From Phoronis australis (taxonomy: Eukaryota > Animalia > Phoronida): 64,000 bases of DNA. Location of the stretch: the NCBI GenBank assembly GCA_002633005.1, contig NMRA01000116.1, positions 841,237-905,236 on the forward strand, in the 5' to 3' direction. The position numbers and the translations under genes are program-made. The stretch's first letter is position 1. Every line of letters starts with the position of its first letter. The notes under the pieces were generated by a model. The model was not told where the DNA came from and did no database searches. It saw only the letters and a list, made by a program, of their open reading frames with translations. This document shows, piece by piece, positions 63,408-64,000 of the stretch.

Positions 63408-64000
63408 CTGAAAATTTGACAATGTCAGTGTCAGCAGTAGTTTGACTCTAGTTTTAGTTCAAAAGGTTTTACTTTGCTGTTCTAAATTGTTTACGGCAAA
63501 ATACTAAAGAACATGGACAGTATTTTTTGTTTTAATAAAAATCAAATGTACGCAGTAGTTTAGCGAGAAGTACATGTGACGTAAAAACTTCAACTGAAAT
63601 TGAGTTTGGCTACTTAAAGAAGCATATGAAGACGAACAGGCGCCCATACAAGCTCTCAATCATGAGCCAGCTGCACGAATGCGTCATCGCGGCCGTTCCC
63701 ACTGCCGGCCTCCGTAGCTTGTTCGGTGTCACCGAAATTCGACTTAACACTTAACTCCAGTCATGCATGCGCGCACAAAGCCTGTAATAAGGGGGCTCGA
63801 ATTTCTGGCGATGTGGACCTTTTGGTGACAAAAAAGCGGGGGGACAAAAAAAAAACGGTGTACCACCTTCACTGTGCGTCTGCACCTTTTTATTATGTCT
63901 TGAATAGAAGTTAACGGCGCAAGTTAAGCGTCAACGCTTCGCTACAATAGGAACACTTCGATGTCATCGTCGGAGTTATCGGCAGGGTTCACTTCCTGCG

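Overview
AT-rich, intron-containing animal genomic DNA, probably from a polymorphic marine invertebrate, with a 93-N gap and two single-N joins. All gene models were built by hand from splice sites and exon phases. Left to right: (1) the last two coding exons of a CMC2-like twin-CX9C gene, followed 148 nt after its stop by an intronless ankyrin-repeat/SOCS-box ORF with no canonical poly(A) signal in between (candidate bicistronic mRNA); (2) a 5-exon orphan coiled-coil/Ser-Thr-rich gene ('gene C', minus strand); (3) about 10 kb of transposon debris (ISL2EU-like THAP/SAP/YqaJ elements, Harbinger transposase, an HSE-rich LTR-like piece); (4) two secreted astacin metalloproteases on the minus strand: 'gene A' (astacin-ShK-ShK-WSC, 29840-40983) and 'gene B' (astacin-ShK-WSC, 52450-61781). 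The A-B-C block appears tandemly duplicated (breakpoint about 8742/41472) with reciprocal gene loss: the left unit keeps A and C, the right unit keeps B. Near-identical duplications that flank N characters are probably uncollapsed haplotypes. No rRNA, convincing tRNA gene or CRISPR array was seen.
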